Shown here: positions 40,731 through 54,603 of the stretch, in pieces | Numbering within the stretch: position 1 is the stretch's first letter | Layout: the number at the start of each line of letters is the position of its first letter | Translations under genes and position numbers: made by a program | Notes under the pieces: model-generated | Database searches by the model: none | What the model was told of the DNA's origin: nothing | Seen by the model: only the letters and a program-made list of their open reading frames with translations | Assembly (NCBI GenBank): GCA_964016885.1 | Contig: OZ024761.1 | Coordinates: 4,898,001-4,962,000, forward strand | Length of the DNA stretch: 64,000 nucleotides | Direction of reading: 5' to 3' | Origin: Eledone cirrhosa | Lineage: Eukaryota

Positions 40731-41199
40731 CAAAAGGGATATTTAATTTGTTGGTAATTCAACAAATATAAATGTTTATAACTGATTCAAAGCACTCGAT
40801 AGTTTTTCTGGAGTATAATATTCAATATTAAATAAATGGAAAATATATTTATAAAACCATATTTATTCTATTTTATATATTTTAAGGGTACCAAAACGTC
40901 GGTACGCTCTCATCAAATAAAATACAAAGTTTGTTTTATAAGTATTGACATATCCAGGAAGAAGATCTTAACGGTTCAAGTTTTTCCTGGATAGTCTATC
41001 TATCTATATATGTATGTTCTTCTGGTTTTATAATTTCACAAAGTGTTACCAATAGAGAGAGAGTCGGTTTCTAACATAGACACAAGACTCTCTCATTGGA
41101 ATTTACACAACATCAACTAGGTAGATTATGTATGCATGCATGCATGTGTAGATATGGATGTTATTGTATGTGTGGATGTGGCTGTTTTGAGTTGTGTGT

Positions 41200-42348
41200 G
41201 TGCATGTGTATATGCTTTGTGTCTGTACATGTGTATATGCAGTTATTAGATGCAACATTTTTGGAATGTTTTACATATTTTACTGTTCCATTGTACTTGT
41301 AATTTCCTAACTAGTTGTGTTCTTTCTGTTCCTGTGAAGCCCAGCTTCTCAAGATTTGTATTGAGGCAGTTACTAACATACCCCAGTGCCCCAATTATCA
41401 CAGGCATAAATCTGAAGGTGTAATCAGGGTGGAATATCTGCAATTTCTCATCAGTTCTGCATAAATATTCTCTTTTTCGCTAATCTTTAATATTATATTG
41501 GCATCTGCTGGGCAGCTAATTTCCACTAGTGTGCATGCTTTCTTCTCCCTGTCCCATATCATAATATCTGGTCTGTTATGCCTGCATTTTATTGAGGTTT
41601 TTACTGGAACATTCCACCAGTACTCTTTCATATTATCTACATGGATGTCTTCCACATTGCTGTAGCATTTAATGTGTTTATCATCGGGGCTATCTTTTTT
41701 ACAAACTGCATTGTACAGTGTTTTGGCCACTACATCATGCCTCATAGGTAGATAGTACCACGATGACATCTTTGGACAGCTCCTGATGACATGGGTGATA
41801 TCCTCGATGTTAGTTCTGCAGAGTCTGGACTTGTTATCACATCTAGGTGTTTTGCCTGCAACCCTATCTCTTTTGTGAATCAGGTATTTCGTGCTAATCT
41901 CCTGTTCCTGGATTGCAAAAGCGTATCCTTCAAAGTGGGAGCCAATATAGCGGTTGTTGGTCCAAGATAGACTACTTTCCTTATCTATATTACTCTCACT
42001 CTGGAGCTTCCTGGCAACATATCCATGCATGATTTTTTGCTGATAAGCATGCAGTTTTTCATCCATGGATTCACTGCGATACTGCTGAGCGACTTCCCTG
42101 GTGTGAGTTTTTGATTATCACACAGGGAATATCTCTCGAGGAGTTCCTTCCTAACTCTCATGATCTTATCTGTTTCATGCAGATAGACTTGCTCGAGAAA
42201 CGGGCTCCTACGCTTCGAGGTTCGTAGATGTTGTCAGAGAGATATGATTCGACATTCAAATGTTGTCTGGACTGATGTTAGGCCTCTGCCTCCCTGCTTA
42301 CGTTTCAAGTAAAGCGGTCTATGTCACTGTTGATGTGGAAGTTTCCGG
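41200..42348 (-). mobile_element. R4/Dong-like retrotransposon 3' fragment; shorter related copy at ~50220-50620 (-)
   Basis: AIQEQEI.TKY, RLC.T.IEDI.HV...C, RHDVVA, HNRPDIMIWD, LVEISCP, PVIIGALG; 5' junction lies in (TACA)n on the sense strand. Confidence 0.88.
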
Positions 42349-42465
42349 TGTATGTATGTATGTATGTATGTATGTATGTATGTATGTATGTATGTATGTA
42401 TGTATGTATGTATGTATGTATGTATGTATAACAAAACGACACGTGATATAGAATAAATAGAAAAA

Positions 42466-42471
42466 TTTATT
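42466..42471 (-). promoter_or_regulatory. candidate polyadenylation signal (AATAAA) of the transferrin gene
   Basis: About 175 nt downstream of the stop codon on the minus strand. Confidence 0.5.
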
Positions 42472-42645
42472 TCCGTAAAAAAATTAAGAAATGTAAAAGT
42501 TATAATGAATAGTTTTCTATGATTGGAGTCTATAAGATGTTACATTACATTTCTGATATTTCTATTATAGTTAAGTAAATGAGATGTTACATCACATTTC
42601 TGATATTTCCATTAATATATTGAAGTACCAAAAGTCGTTGGTATC

Positions 42646-43238
42646 TTAACATGAAACTTCTGGCAGGGCGTTCACGTATTGGGGACCTAAAAAATCTATG
42701 TATGAAGTGTTTTGCGCCATCAAGTAATCAGTGTTGTCGGAAAATATCAGGTTTTTACCGTATTGCGTAGAAAATAGTATTTCGTCGCTCATGCTATCAA
42801 AATTTTCAAAAGTGTCTTCAATTTGATCGGAGCTTAAGCTGTTGCGGCCGACAATAGCATGAGAAGGGGTTGCGGCTAAATGACAGGTTTCATAATCGTC
42901 AATGTTTGCAGTGGTACCATCCCGACACAGTAGCTCATAGTTACCCTTGTCAGCCTCGTTCAAGAATGTTGTATGCTTCACAAAGGCAACATCGGCGTCA
43001 GTCGCTTTCAGGCATCTAGCTGCTCCGTCGTACCCGTAGTAAAGGTTATCACTGTTCCGTTTGCAGTTTGGAGTACACAACATACACATATTTGTACCGC
43101 TCATTGCTCCGGGCACACAGCTAGCAGTGAAGAAATCCGAGGCTTGTTTTAACTGGTTGTTTTTATCACTAAATAAAACACTCATTGGGATAAACCATCC
43201 GGCAGTTTTATTCAGACCAGTGTGACAAGATTTCTTAC
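42646..43238 (-). CDS. TF: transferrin-family protein, exon 4 (last)
   Basis: Acceptor ttcctatctag|GT AAG AAA; KKSCHTGLNKTAGWFIPM...SCVPG...LCTP...YYGYDGAARCL...DVAFVKH...YELLCRDG...CHLAATPSHAIV. Confidence 0.95.
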
Positions 43239-43328
43239 CTAGATAGGAAATAAAGACAAGGAATATAGAATATGGGAATATTTTGTGAAAACGTTAGATA
43301 CCAAATAAATATCAGGAACATTCTAGAA

Positions 43329-43895
43329 CAGCGTTTCTCAACCTTTTTAACCTTGTATGTGTAGTGTGTGTGTGTGACAGCTCACACCTATGCAAGTTTA
43401 ACTGGCCTCCTCCAAGTATATCTCGTTGGAGGTGTCTTGGGTAATTTAATGATAGGGACCCCAGTCCTATCATCTCATTTCTACAGCTGAGTAAACTGGA
43501 GCAACGTGAAATAAATACATCAAGGAAACAACACATCACCCAGTCCGAGAAATGAACTCACAACCTTTCTATTGCAAGTCCAATGTTCTAACCACTCAGC
43601 CATACGCCTTCACATCCTTTGAAATAGTTTTCATGTGACCTGGGAACTCCTGCATAAAAATTATTATATATCATTATTAATATTTAATATTTTTATTGTA
43701 GTCACGTGGTAAACATAATATATTTTCTTGGGATAACCAAGGATCTTCCAACAATATGTCGTACGTGTGTGGTAAAATTATGAATATGAAATTACTCAAA
43801 AATGTATTAGCTTATTTATCAGAGTTTCTCACGGAACCCCTAGCGACTTATTGCTGGACCGTAGGGTTCAGAGGAACACTGGTTTAGAAACGTTG
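43329..43895. mobile_element. hAT (Charlie-like) MITE with a nested SINE
   Basis: TIRs cagcgtttctcaacc / ggtttagaaacgttg; 8-bp TSD-like ttctagaa / ttctagag. Confidence 0.75.
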
Positions 43896-44071
43896 TTCTA
43901 GAGAGAAAACATTAGATATCAAAGAAATATCAATAACATTCTTGAGAAGAAACATTCCAAGACCTCGTCTTCAACAATTTTATAACTCTATGTGAAATGA
44001 AAGATAATTTATAACTCTATGTGAAATGAAAGACACAGCCTATAATTTCCAAACCCTTTTGAAAATAATAA

Positions 44072-44592
44072 AGCTGGGCTTACCTATAAACTCGATAAGC
44101 TATAGCCTTTGGCCTCACACCCCAGTGGGGTCTCATACTGGTAATCAGAGCTTGGCTTACCTATAAACTAGATAAACTATAGCTTTGGGCCTCACATCCC
44201 AGCAGGGGTCCCATACTGGTAATCAGAGCTGGGCTTACCTATAAACTAGATAAACTATAGCTTTGGACCTCACATCCCAGCAGGGGTCCCATACTGGTAA
44301 TCAGAGCTGGGTTTACCTACAAACTAGATAAGCTATAGCCTTTGGCCTCACACCCCAGAGGGGTCTCATACTGGTAATCAGAGCTGGGCTTACTTATAAA
44401 CTAGATAAACTATAGCTTTGGGCCTCACATCCCAGCAGGGGTCCCATACTGGTAATCAGAGCTGGGCTTACCTATAAACTAGATAAACTATAGCTTTGGA
44501 CCTCACATCCCAGCAGGGGTCCCATACTGGTAATCAGAGCTGGGTTTACCTACAAGCTATAGCCTTTGGCCTCACACCCCAGAGGGGTCTCA
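44072..44592. repeat. ~78-bp minisatellite (transferrin intron 3)
   Basis: Unit agctgggcttacctataaactagataaactatagctttgggcctcacatcccagcaggggtcccatactggtaatcag. Confidence 0.93.
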
Positions 44593-44889
44593 GTTTTAAA
44601 AATATCTTTTTATTTTATTTATTTTTAATTATTAAACATTAATTATTTATTCTTTATCATTAAAATTTATATGAAAAGTTATAATAATATTTTCTAGGGA
44701 AGGGCTTCAAATTTCATATCGATTAGGACCTCTGCACGTGAAAGACTGGCCCTGGGAAACAGGAATTTAGAGGGATTTTGTAATATAACATTTTTGTTTT
44801 TAAGTTGCATCCCAGCAGCAATCGCCCACGAATGGGTCTTTTCTCATTCAAAGACACCTGGTGGCTTTCATTGAATCTTCGCTCGCAGA

Positions 44890-46473
44890 TTGGAAGTTCT
44901 GACTATAGTGTCACTTATTGGAAGTTCTGACTATAGTGTCACTTATTGGAAGTTCTGACTATAATGTCACTTATTGGAAGTTCTGACTATAGTGTCACTT
45001 ATTGGAAGTTCTGACTATAATGTCACTTATTGGAAGTTCTGACTATAGTGTCACTTATTGGAAGTTCTGACTATAGTGGCACTTATTGGAAGTTCTGACT
45101 ATAGTGGCACTTATTGGAAGTTCTAACTATAATGTCACTTATTGGAAGTTCTAAATATAACGTCACTTATTGGAAGTTCTGACAATAGTGTCACTTATTG
45201 GAAGTTCTGACTATAATGTCACTTATTGAAAGTTCTGACTATAATGTCACTTATTGAAAGTTCTGACTATAGTGTCACTTATTGGAAGTTCTGACAATAG
45301 TGTCACTTATTGGAAGTTCTGACTATAGTGTCACTTATTGGAAGTTCTGACTATAGTGGCACTTATTGGAAGTTCTGACTATAGTGGCACTTATTGGAAG
45401 TTCTAACTATAATGTCACTTATTGGAAGTTCTAAATATAACGTCACTTATTGGAAGTTCTGACAATAGTGTCACTTATTGGAAGTTCTGACTATAATGTC
45501 ACTTATTGAAAGTTCTGACTATAATGTCACTTATTGAAAGTTCTGACTATAGTGTCACTTATTGGAAGTTCTGACAATAGTGTCACTTATTGGAAGTTCT
45601 GACTATAGTGTCACTTATTGGAAGTTCTGACTATAGTGTAACTTATTGGAAGTTCTGACTATAGTGTAACTTATTGGAAGTTCTGACTATAGTGTAACTT
45701 ATTGGAAGTTCTGACTATAGTGTAACTTATTGGAAGTTCTGACTATAATGTCACTTACTGGAAGTTTTGACTATAATGTCACTTATTGGAAGTTCTGACT
45801 ATAGTGTCACTTATTGGAAGTTCTGACTATAATGTCACTTATTGGAAGTTCTGACTATAATGTCACTTATTGGAAGTTCTGACAATAGTGTCACTTATTG
45901 GAAGTTCTGACTATAGTGTCACTTATTGGAAGTTCTGACTATAATGTCACTTATTGGAAGTTCTGACTATAGTGTCACTTATTGGAAGTTCTGACTATAA
46001 TGTCACTTATTGGAAGTTCTGACTATAGTGTCACTTATTGGAAGTTCTGACTATAATGTCACTTATTGGAAGTTCTGACTATAATGTCACTTATTGGAAG
46101 TTCTGACTATAGTGTCACTTATTGGAAGTTCTGACTATAATGTCACTTATTGGAAGTTCTGACTATAGTGTCACTTATTGGAAGTTCTGAATATAGTGTC
46201 ACTTATTGGAAGTTCTGAATATAGTGTCACTTATTGGAAGTTCTGACTATAGTGTCACTTATTGGAAGTTCTGAATATAGTGTCACTTATTGGAAGTTCT
46301 GAATATAGTGTCACTTATTGGAAGTTCTGAATATAGTGTCACTTATTGGAAGTTCTGACTATAATGTCACTTATTGGAAGTTTTGACTATAGTGTCACTT
46401 ATTGGAAGTTCTGAATATAATGTCACTTATTGGAAGTTCTGAATATAATGTCACTTATTGGAAGTTCTGACTA
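44890..46473. repeat. 28-bp minisatellite, about 56 copies
   Basis: Unit ttggaagttctgactatagtgtcactta. Confidence 0.96.
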
Positions 46474-46829
46474 CAACAATTGAAACATAGCCTTGAAAAT
46501 AAACCTGCGCTTATGACTGGTATCATTTGTGGAATGGACTTGCAGAAACGACAGCCTGAGCTACTAAAGACTTTACGGTGTTTAACTAATAATTGTTTCT
46601 ACTTTTGGCACAAGGCCAGCAATTACCCCAGTGCATTACTGGTGCTTTATTTTATCGACCCCGTAAGGATGAAAGGCAAAGTTAACCTCGGCGGGATTTG
46701 AACTCAGACCATAAAGGGCCGTAGCTCTATGCTGCAAGGCATGGTGTCCAACTCTCTACCGATACTGCCAATTACCGTTGCCGTCGAAACTGCCAAGTGT
46801 TGGAATGTTAGTATCGTAAAATGGCTGAC

Positions 46830-46948
46830 CTTCTAGAGTGTTGATAGTGACGTGGGAACTTTTCTTGGCTACAGCTACTGCATAGTAACCCTTTCCACCA
46901 GGCATGTTGTTATATTTTTCAGCCAAGATTGGTTTCAGGCCATAACAC
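46830..46948 (-). CDS. TF: transferrin-family protein, exon 3
   Basis: ttgttttgtag|G TGT TAT GGC; CYGLKPILAEKY...GYYAVAVAKKSSHVTINTLE G|gtcag; phases fit both neighbouring exons. Confidence 0.95.
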
Positions 46949-47052
46949 CTACAAAACAAGAATGATCTCTTAGACAGAACGGCCGGTAGCTTGGGAAGTG
47001 TGTGTGTATGTGTGTGTGTGTGTGTGTGTGTAAGGGCCGGTAGCTTGGGAAG

Positions 47053-47122
<70 letters not shown>

Positions 47123-47904
47123 TGTGTGTGTAAGGGCCGGTAGCTTGGGTAGAGTGTGTGTATTTGAGTGTGTATGTGTGTGTGTGTGTGTGTAAGGGTC
47201 GGTAACTTTGGTTGAGTGTGTGTATTCGTGCGTGTGGATGTGTGTATTTGTGTGTGGATGTGTGTGTGTATGTGTGTGTGTATGTACATATGTATAAATT
47301 TATATGTATGAATATATAAATATAAACATGCAGACACAGACACACAAAAATACACACTCAGACATACATTCACACAAACGCACACATACATTCACACAAA
47401 CACACACACACATACATTCACACAAACACACACACATACATTCACACAAGCACACACACATATTCACACAAACACATACATTCACACAAACACACACATA
47501 CTTTCACACAAACACATACATTCACACAAACACACACATACATACACACAAACACATACATTCACACAAATATACACTTACATTCACACAAACACACACA
47601 TATATTCACACAAACACACACATACATTCACACAAACACACACATACTTTCACACAAACACACACATACATTCACACAAACACATACATTCACACAAACA
47701 CACACATACATACACACAAACGCATACATTCACACAAATATACACATACATTCACACAAACACACACATACATTCACACAAACACACACATACATTCACA
47801 CAAACACACACATACACACAGCATAACAAATGGAACGCCATCCATTATTTTGCTATAGTTTTTTCGCCACCTCCTTCCTCCCTTTTACACACACATACAT
47901 TCAC

Positions 47905-49140
47905 ACAGCCAGCAGAGGTAAAGAGCGAGGAGTAGTATGAGGTAGTCAAACTACTCCTCTCTCTTTACATGTTGTACACAGCCAGCAGAGGTAAAGAGCG
48001 AGGAGTAGTATGAGGTAGTCAAACTACTCCTCTCTCTTTACATGTTGTACACAGGCAGCAGAGGTAAAGAGAGAGGAGTAGTATGAGGTAGTCAAACTAC
48101 TCCTCTCTCTTTACATGCTGTACACAGACAGCAGACGTAAAGAGAGGGGAGTAGTATGAGGTAGGCGAACTACTCTTCTCTCTTTACATGTTGTACACAG
48201 GCAGCAGAGGTAAAGAGAGGGGAGTAGTATGAGGTAGTCAAACTACTCCTCTCTCTTTACATGTTGTACACAGGCAGCAGAGGTAAAGAGAGAGGGGTAG
48301 TATGAGGTTATCAAACTACTCCTCTCTCTTTACATGTTGTACACAGGCAGCAGAGGTAAAGAGAGAGGAGTAGTATGAGGTAGTCAAACTACTCCTCTCT
48401 CTTTACATGTTGTACACAGGCAGCAGAGGTAAAGAGAGAGGGGTAGTATGAGGTAGTCAAACTACTCCTCTCTCTTTACATGTTGTACACAGGCAGCAGA
48501 GGTAAAGAGAGAGGAGTAGTATGAGGTAGTCAAACTACTCCTCTCTCTTTACATGTTGTACACAGGCAGCAGAGGTAAAGAGAGAGGGGTAGTATGAGGT
48601 AGTCAAACTACTCCTCTCTCTTTACATGTTGTACACAGGCAGCAGAGGTAAAGAGAGAGGAGTAGTATTAGGTAGTCAAACTACTCCTCTCTCTTTACAT
48701 GTTGTACACAGGCAGTAGAGGTAAAGAGAGAGGGGTAGTATGAGGTTATCAAACTACACCTCTCTCTATATGTTGTACACAGGCAGCAGAGGTAAAGAGA
48801 GAGGAGTAGTATGAGGTAGTCAAACTACTCCTCTCTCTTTACATGTTGTACACAGGCAGCAGAGGTAAAGAGAGAGGGGTAGTATGAGGTAGTCAAACTA
48901 CTCCTCTCTCTTTACATGTTGTACACAGGCAGCAGAGGTAAAGAGAGAGGGGTAGTATGAGGTTATCAAACTACACCTCTCTCTTTATTTGTTGTACACA
49001 GGCAGCAGAGGTAAAGAGTGAGGAGTAGTATGAGGTAGTCAAACTACTCCTCTCTTTACATGTTGTACACAGGCAGCAGAGGTAAAGAGTGAGGAGTAGT
49101 ATGAGGTAGTCAAACTACATCCCTCTCTTTATATGTTGTG
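47905..49140. repeat. 73-bp minisatellite whose unit contains a hairpin, about 17 copies
   Basis: gtaaagagagaggagtagt-atgaggtagtcaa-actactcctctctctttac, a 19-bp stem in each unit. Confidence 0.95.
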
Positions 49141-49194
49141 ACAGAATCGCAGAAATTTATATATAGATGAAATTTAATTTTAAAAAAATCTTAC

Positions 49195-49369
49195 TTTCCG
49201 GCTCTGTAAATATATCCGCCATCAAGGGAAGTTATATCAGCTGCGTTTGTCTTGATTTTCTTCATACAATCCAGACCATCGGAGCCTAGGACACATGTCA
49301 TGTTGTAAAAGGTGTTACACTTTTGTTGTTCTGCCATTGATGTCACGCAAAGTCTTGGCTCAGCAATCA
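49195..49369 (-). CDS. TF: transferrin-family protein, exon 2
   Basis: gatgttccag|TG ATT GCT; IAEPRLCVTSMAEQQKCNTFYNMTCVLGSDGLDCMKKIKTNAADITSLDGGYIYRAG AA|gtaag. Confidence 0.94.
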
Positions 49370-49416
49370 CTGGAACATCAAAGTAGGAGATGATAAAACC
49401 AGTCTCTCTCTCTCCC

Positions 49417-49480
<64 letters not shown>

Positions 49481-49630
49481 ATATAACCAAATGTTAAACA
49501 AGGTTCATTGATTACTCAATGAATATAGTTTTACAATAGATTAAAAGCACTCAACAATGAAGTTTTCTGGAGTTATTAATATTATTCAAAATATTAATAA
49601 ATGGATACATTCACATAATCAAAATATATG

Positions 49631-49693
49631 TTTTATTATATATATTTCGGAGGTATTGTGCTGTTTTTTTCAGTACGTCCTCATCAGATAAAA
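49631..49693 (-). ncRNA. type I hammerhead ribozyme (same family as 34223), intronic and sense to the transferrin transcript
   Basis: ttttat-CTGATGA-gga-c-gtactg...caatac-c-tcc-GAAA-tatata-TA-ataaaa. Confidence 0.8.
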
Positions 49694-49974
49694 TACATAA
49701 ATTGATGTACGAAATACCTCAACTGTGCTGATGGTTCAATTCCAGTCTTGGAAGTGATTTATTACAACAAAACTCAATATTTATATACCGCAAGTAAAAG
49801 TGTGACAAACTAAATATGATGGAGAGGGGGTAAGTAGCGAGAAATAAGTATTAGGAGTGGCTGAGTAGGAGAAAGTATAGAATAAATAAATAAAAAATTT
49901 TTTTTAAAAAACACATAAGTATATAAATGTTAAATATTTAAATATGTAAATATCCGTGTTATAGAAAAAAAAAC

Positions 49975-50059
<85 letters not shown>

Positions 50060-51011
50060 AAATAGAAGAGAAAAGGGGAAAAGATAAAAAGATGAAGATA
50101 AAAAGAAGGGAGAGCAAGATAGAGATGATAGAATATATAACTGTATAAGGAAAAGAGATAAAAAAGAAAGAAAGAAAGAAGAAAGGGACATGATACGTGA
50201 CCATTTTTTTTTTTCAAATATTGTACTTGTAGTTTCCTAACTAGTTGTGTTCTTTCTGTTCCTGTGCAGCCCAGCTTCTCAAGATTTGTATTGAGGCAGT
50301 TACTAACATATCCCAGTGCCCCAATAATCACAGGTATAAATCTGAAGGTATAGTCAGGGTGGAATATATGCAGATTTCTCATCAGTTAAATATTCTCTTT
50401 TTCGCTAATCTTTAATATTATATTGGCATCTGCTGGGCAGTTAACTTCCACTACTGTGCATGCCTTCTTTTCCCTGTCCCATATCATAATATCTGGTCTG
50501 TTATGCCTGCATTTTATTGGGGGTTTTACTGGAACATTCCACCAGTATTCTTTCATATTATGTATATGTATGTCTTCCACATTGCTGTAGCTTTTAATGT
50601 GTTTATTATTGGGGCTTTGTATGTATGTATGTATGCATGCATGCATGTATGTATGTTGGTGCGGGGTCATAGAAATAGTCGGGCTGGATATTCGATCGCG
50701 CGGTTAAACCAGTGGGAGTGAAGAACCCCTAGCCTTTGTCAGGGAATTCTTCTAGGAGAAGGCAACTCAGGAAACTGGGATAACTCCGACATAAAACCTG
50801 GGGCTCAGTAGTTACCGATGATGTTGATCTTTTCTTCTTTTCGGGTTATAGCTACTGTAGCTCAGAGAGTGGGATTGGCTCAGTGCACAGTCTTTCCTCA
50901 CTTAAAAAAATCTTCACGCACAGGCATTGCACGATAGAATTAATTAATTACTAATAATATTATATCGTGCAATGACCATACTCGATAACGAGGGCGCAGT
51001 CATCATGTATA

Positions 51012-51047
<36 letters not shown>

Positions 51048-51215
51048 TGATAGTATGTATGTATGTATGATAGTATGTATGTATGTATGATAGTATTAGC
51101 AATGGAATCATTGTTTCTTCGGTATTGATGAGCTCCCCACCCCCACCCCCTCGTTAAGCCAAGGAGGTCTGGGATCATAAATGACCATGGTATTTTCACC
51201 TAGAAAGTTCCCATC

Positions 51216-51881
51216 CGTGGCACAAGTCCGGGCAATGGTGTTTGTATAAGACCAGCCGTCACTCACCCGCCCGTGGCACAAGTCCGGACAATGCTGTTTG
51301 TATAAGACCAGCAGTCACTCACCCGCCCGTGGCACAAGTCCGGACAATGCTGTTTGTATAAGACCAGCAGTCACTCACCCGCCCGTGGCACAAGTCCGGA
51401 CAATGCTGTTTGTATAAGACCAGCAGTCACTCACCCGCCCGTGGTACAAGTCCGGACAATGCTGTTTGTATAAGACCAGCAGTCACTCACCCGCCCGTGG
51501 CACAAGTCCGGACAATGCTGTTTGTATAAGACCAGCAGTCACTCACCCGCCCGTGGCACAAGTCCGGACAATGCTGTTTGTATAAGACCAGCAGTCACTC
51601 ACCCGCCCGTGGCACAAGTCCGGACAATGCTGTTTGTATAAGACCAGCAGTCACTCACCCGCCCGTGGCACAAGTCCGGACAATGCTGTTTGTATAAGAC
51701 CAGCAGTCACTCACCCGCCCGTGGTACAAGTCCGGACAATGCTGTTTGTATAAGACCAGCAGTCACTCACCCGCCCGTGGCACAAGTCCGGACAATGCTG
51801 TTTGTATAAGACCAGCAGTCACTCACCCGCCCGTGGTACAAGTCCGGACAATGCTGTTTGTATAAGACCAGCAGTCACTCA
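51216..51881. repeat. 56-bp minisatellite, about 12 copies, inside an interspersed-repeat-like sequence
   Basis: Unit ccgtggcacaagtccggacaatgctgtttgtataagaccagcagtcactcacccgc. Confidence 0.95.
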
Positions 51882-52009
51882 TGCATACCAGCATCCCCTT
51901 CCCATGCCACGGGATCGGGTTAGGGTTATCATAAACGCGCAAACACAGACACACTTGCAAAAATACACACTGACAGATATACATGTTAGACGTTGTTTTC
52001 TGTAGTTTG

Positions 52010-52772
52010 TCACCACCCTTCCTTCCTCAATCATCTCTAGTGTGTGACGTCATCACCCCTTCCTTCCTCAGTCATCTCTAGTGTGTGACGTCATCACCCC
52101 TTCCTCAGTCATCTCTAGTGTGTTACGTCATCACCCCTTCCTTCCTCAGTCATCTCTAGTGTGTGACGTCATCACCCCTTCCTCAGTCATCTCTAGTGTT
52201 ACGTCATCACCCCTTCCTTCCTCAGTCATCTCTAGTGTGTTACGTCATCACCCCTTCCTTCCTCAGTCATCTCTAGTGTGTGACGTCATCACCCCTTCCT
52301 CAGTCATCTCTAGTGTGTTACGTCATCACCCCTTGCTTCCTCAGTCATCTCTAGGTTGTGACGTCATCACCCCTTCCTTCCTCAGTCATCTCTAGGTTGT
52401 GACGTCATCACCCCTTCCTTCCTCAATCATCTCTAGTGTGTTACGTCATCACCCCTTCCTTCCTCTGTCATCTCTAGTGTGTTATGTCATCACCCCTTCC
52501 TTCCTCAGTCATCTCTAGTGTGTGACGTCATCACCCCTTCCTTCCTCAGTCATCTCTAGTGTGTTACGTCATCACCGCTTCCTTCCTCACTCATCTCTAG
52601 TGTGTGACGTCACCACCCCTTCCTTCCTCAGTCATCTCTAGTGTGTGACGTCATCACCCCTTCCTTCTTCAGTCATCTCTAGTGTATGCGCCACCACCCC
52701 TTCCTTCTTCAGTCATCTCTAGTGTGTGACGTCATCACCCCTCCCTTCCTCAGTCAACTCTAGTGTATGACG
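52010..52772. repeat. 37-41-bp minisatellite containing TGACGTCA
   Basis: Unit catcaccccttccttcctcagtcatctctagtgtgtgacgt. Confidence 0.93.
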
Positions 52773-53041
52773 GAAGGTCGTACGGACGGAAGTCGCTCAA
52801 ATTCATATAGAGATTGGAATAACCAATATGGGAAGAATTCGTTTTTTCGTCAGAGGAGTATTGTTTGGGAGGAAAAGAGATCTTGATCATAAAGTATACT
52901 GGCCGAAACCGCACGATGTCCAACACATTGCCTTGTGGAAACTACTAAATGAACAAATCTCTCTATATATATTAGAACAATGCGACTGGCTTATAATGAC
53001 GCTAGAAATAGCAGCCACAAATCCCGTCTAAATCAACTCTT

Positions 53042-53241
53042 TGGTGATGCTGGTGGTGGTGGTGGTAGTGGTAGTAGTAGTAGTAGTAGTGGTGGTGGTG
53101 GTGGTGGTGGTGGTGGTGGTGGTGGTCGTGGTGGTGGTGGTGGTAGTGGTAGTAGTAGTAGTAGTAGTGGTGGTGGTGGTGGTGGTGGTGGTGGTGGTGG
53201 TGGTGGTGGTGGTGGTGGTGGTCGTGGTGGTGGTGGTGGTC

Positions 53242-53320
<79 letters not shown>

Positions 53321-53353
53321 TAGCAGTGGCAGTAGTAGTAGTAGTGGTGATGG

Positions 53354-53384
<31 letters not shown>

Positions 53385-53409
53385 GGTGGTGGTGGTGGTA
53401 GTGGTAGTG

Positions 53410-53440
<31 letters not shown>
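53042..53440. repeat. (GGT)n/(AGT)n microsatellite
   Basis: Seen directly. Confidence 0.95.
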
Positions 53441-53479
53441 ATTTTAGACAAACTCTCTCTGTCATTCCAAAAGGTAACA

Positions 53480-54603
53480 GGGTTGATCAGATCCGAGCCT
53501 GTTTAAAAAATAATCGACACTTTGGACTTCTATAAAAGTTTTGAAGCTCGCTACAAACATGGGGGCATATCTTGGTAGAGACGAACAATCAGAGCAGTTC
53601 GCCCAGAATCTATTAATATTTGGGGACAGAAGACTCCCTGTAGATAGTAAGGGAGCTATTGATATAAGTCCCATAGGCATGATAGTGGAATCATAATTCC
53701 ATCTCATAGAAAAATGTTCCCTAATCTTGAATATCAGTTCGCAAGTCACAAGTGGCCCAGTGAAAAGGTTATATTGGCCCCGAAAAATGTGACTGTGAAA
53801 TTGATAAATCAAGAGTTGTTAAAAGGTATTCCAAAGGTTTCCAAGCTCTATTGAACTGTGGTGGAACTGTCAGGAGCTGTCAATTACCCAACAGAGTTTC
53901 TCAACTCTTTAGAACCACCAGAAATGCCTCCACATGTCTTTCACCTTAAAGAAGGAACACCCATCATGTTATTGAGGAATTTGGACCCCCCAAGGCTATG
54001 CTGTCAATTACCTGACAGAGTTCCTCAACTCTTTAGAACTACCAGAAATGCCTCCACATGTTTGTCACCTTAAAGAAGGAACACCCATCATATTATTGAG
54101 GAATTTGGACCCTCCAAGGCTATGCAATGCCACTCGACTGGTTGTGAAAAATATGTATCTACACATGATTCAAGCCACCATTTCAACAGGATGTGGTAAG
54201 GGAGAGGAAGGCTTCTTTTCAAGAATTCCTCTTATCCCCTCTCATGTCCTATTTCAATTCAAACAACTTCAATTTCTAGTGAGTCTTAGTTTTGCCATGA
54301 CCATCAACAAATCACAAAGACAAACATTTTCAGTTTCTGGTTGACATGTTGAAGAGCCCTGCTTCACCCATGCTCAGATTACGTTGGATGTTCAAGAGTA
54401 GGAAGTGAAGAAAATCTCTACATCTCTGCACCAGATAGAAAGACAACTAACATTGTTTATACAAACATTGTAATTGACCCGATTAATAAAGAAATCCGTT
54501 CTCATCAAGGGGACTACCCTTCGGGAGAGACATAGCATAAAAAAATTGAAATAAAGTCATACTATTGTGATTATTGCCCAGTAACGACGGGCTACTCAGC
54601 TAG
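53480..54603 (+). mobile_element. Helitron 3' fragment (decayed PIF1-type helicase C-terminus) with an intact 3' terminus
   Basis: [65 protein letters not shown]; ends with gccc...gggc hairpin + CTAG|T at 54600-54603; ~123-bp internal duplication at 53878-54124. Confidence 0.9.

Noticed and set aside
44890-46473. 28-bp array as a CRISPR array or as SP6-promoter/vector contamination (contains ctatagtgtcac)
   Set aside because: There are no unique spacers and no cas genes, and the context is a eukaryotic intron. The SP6 match is only 12 nt inside a diverging tandem unit.
47905-49140. let-7-like miRNA cluster (TGAGGTAGT in every unit)
   Set aside because: The match covers only the first 9 nt and lies mostly in the hairpin loop rather than a stem arm; the rest of let-7 is absent.
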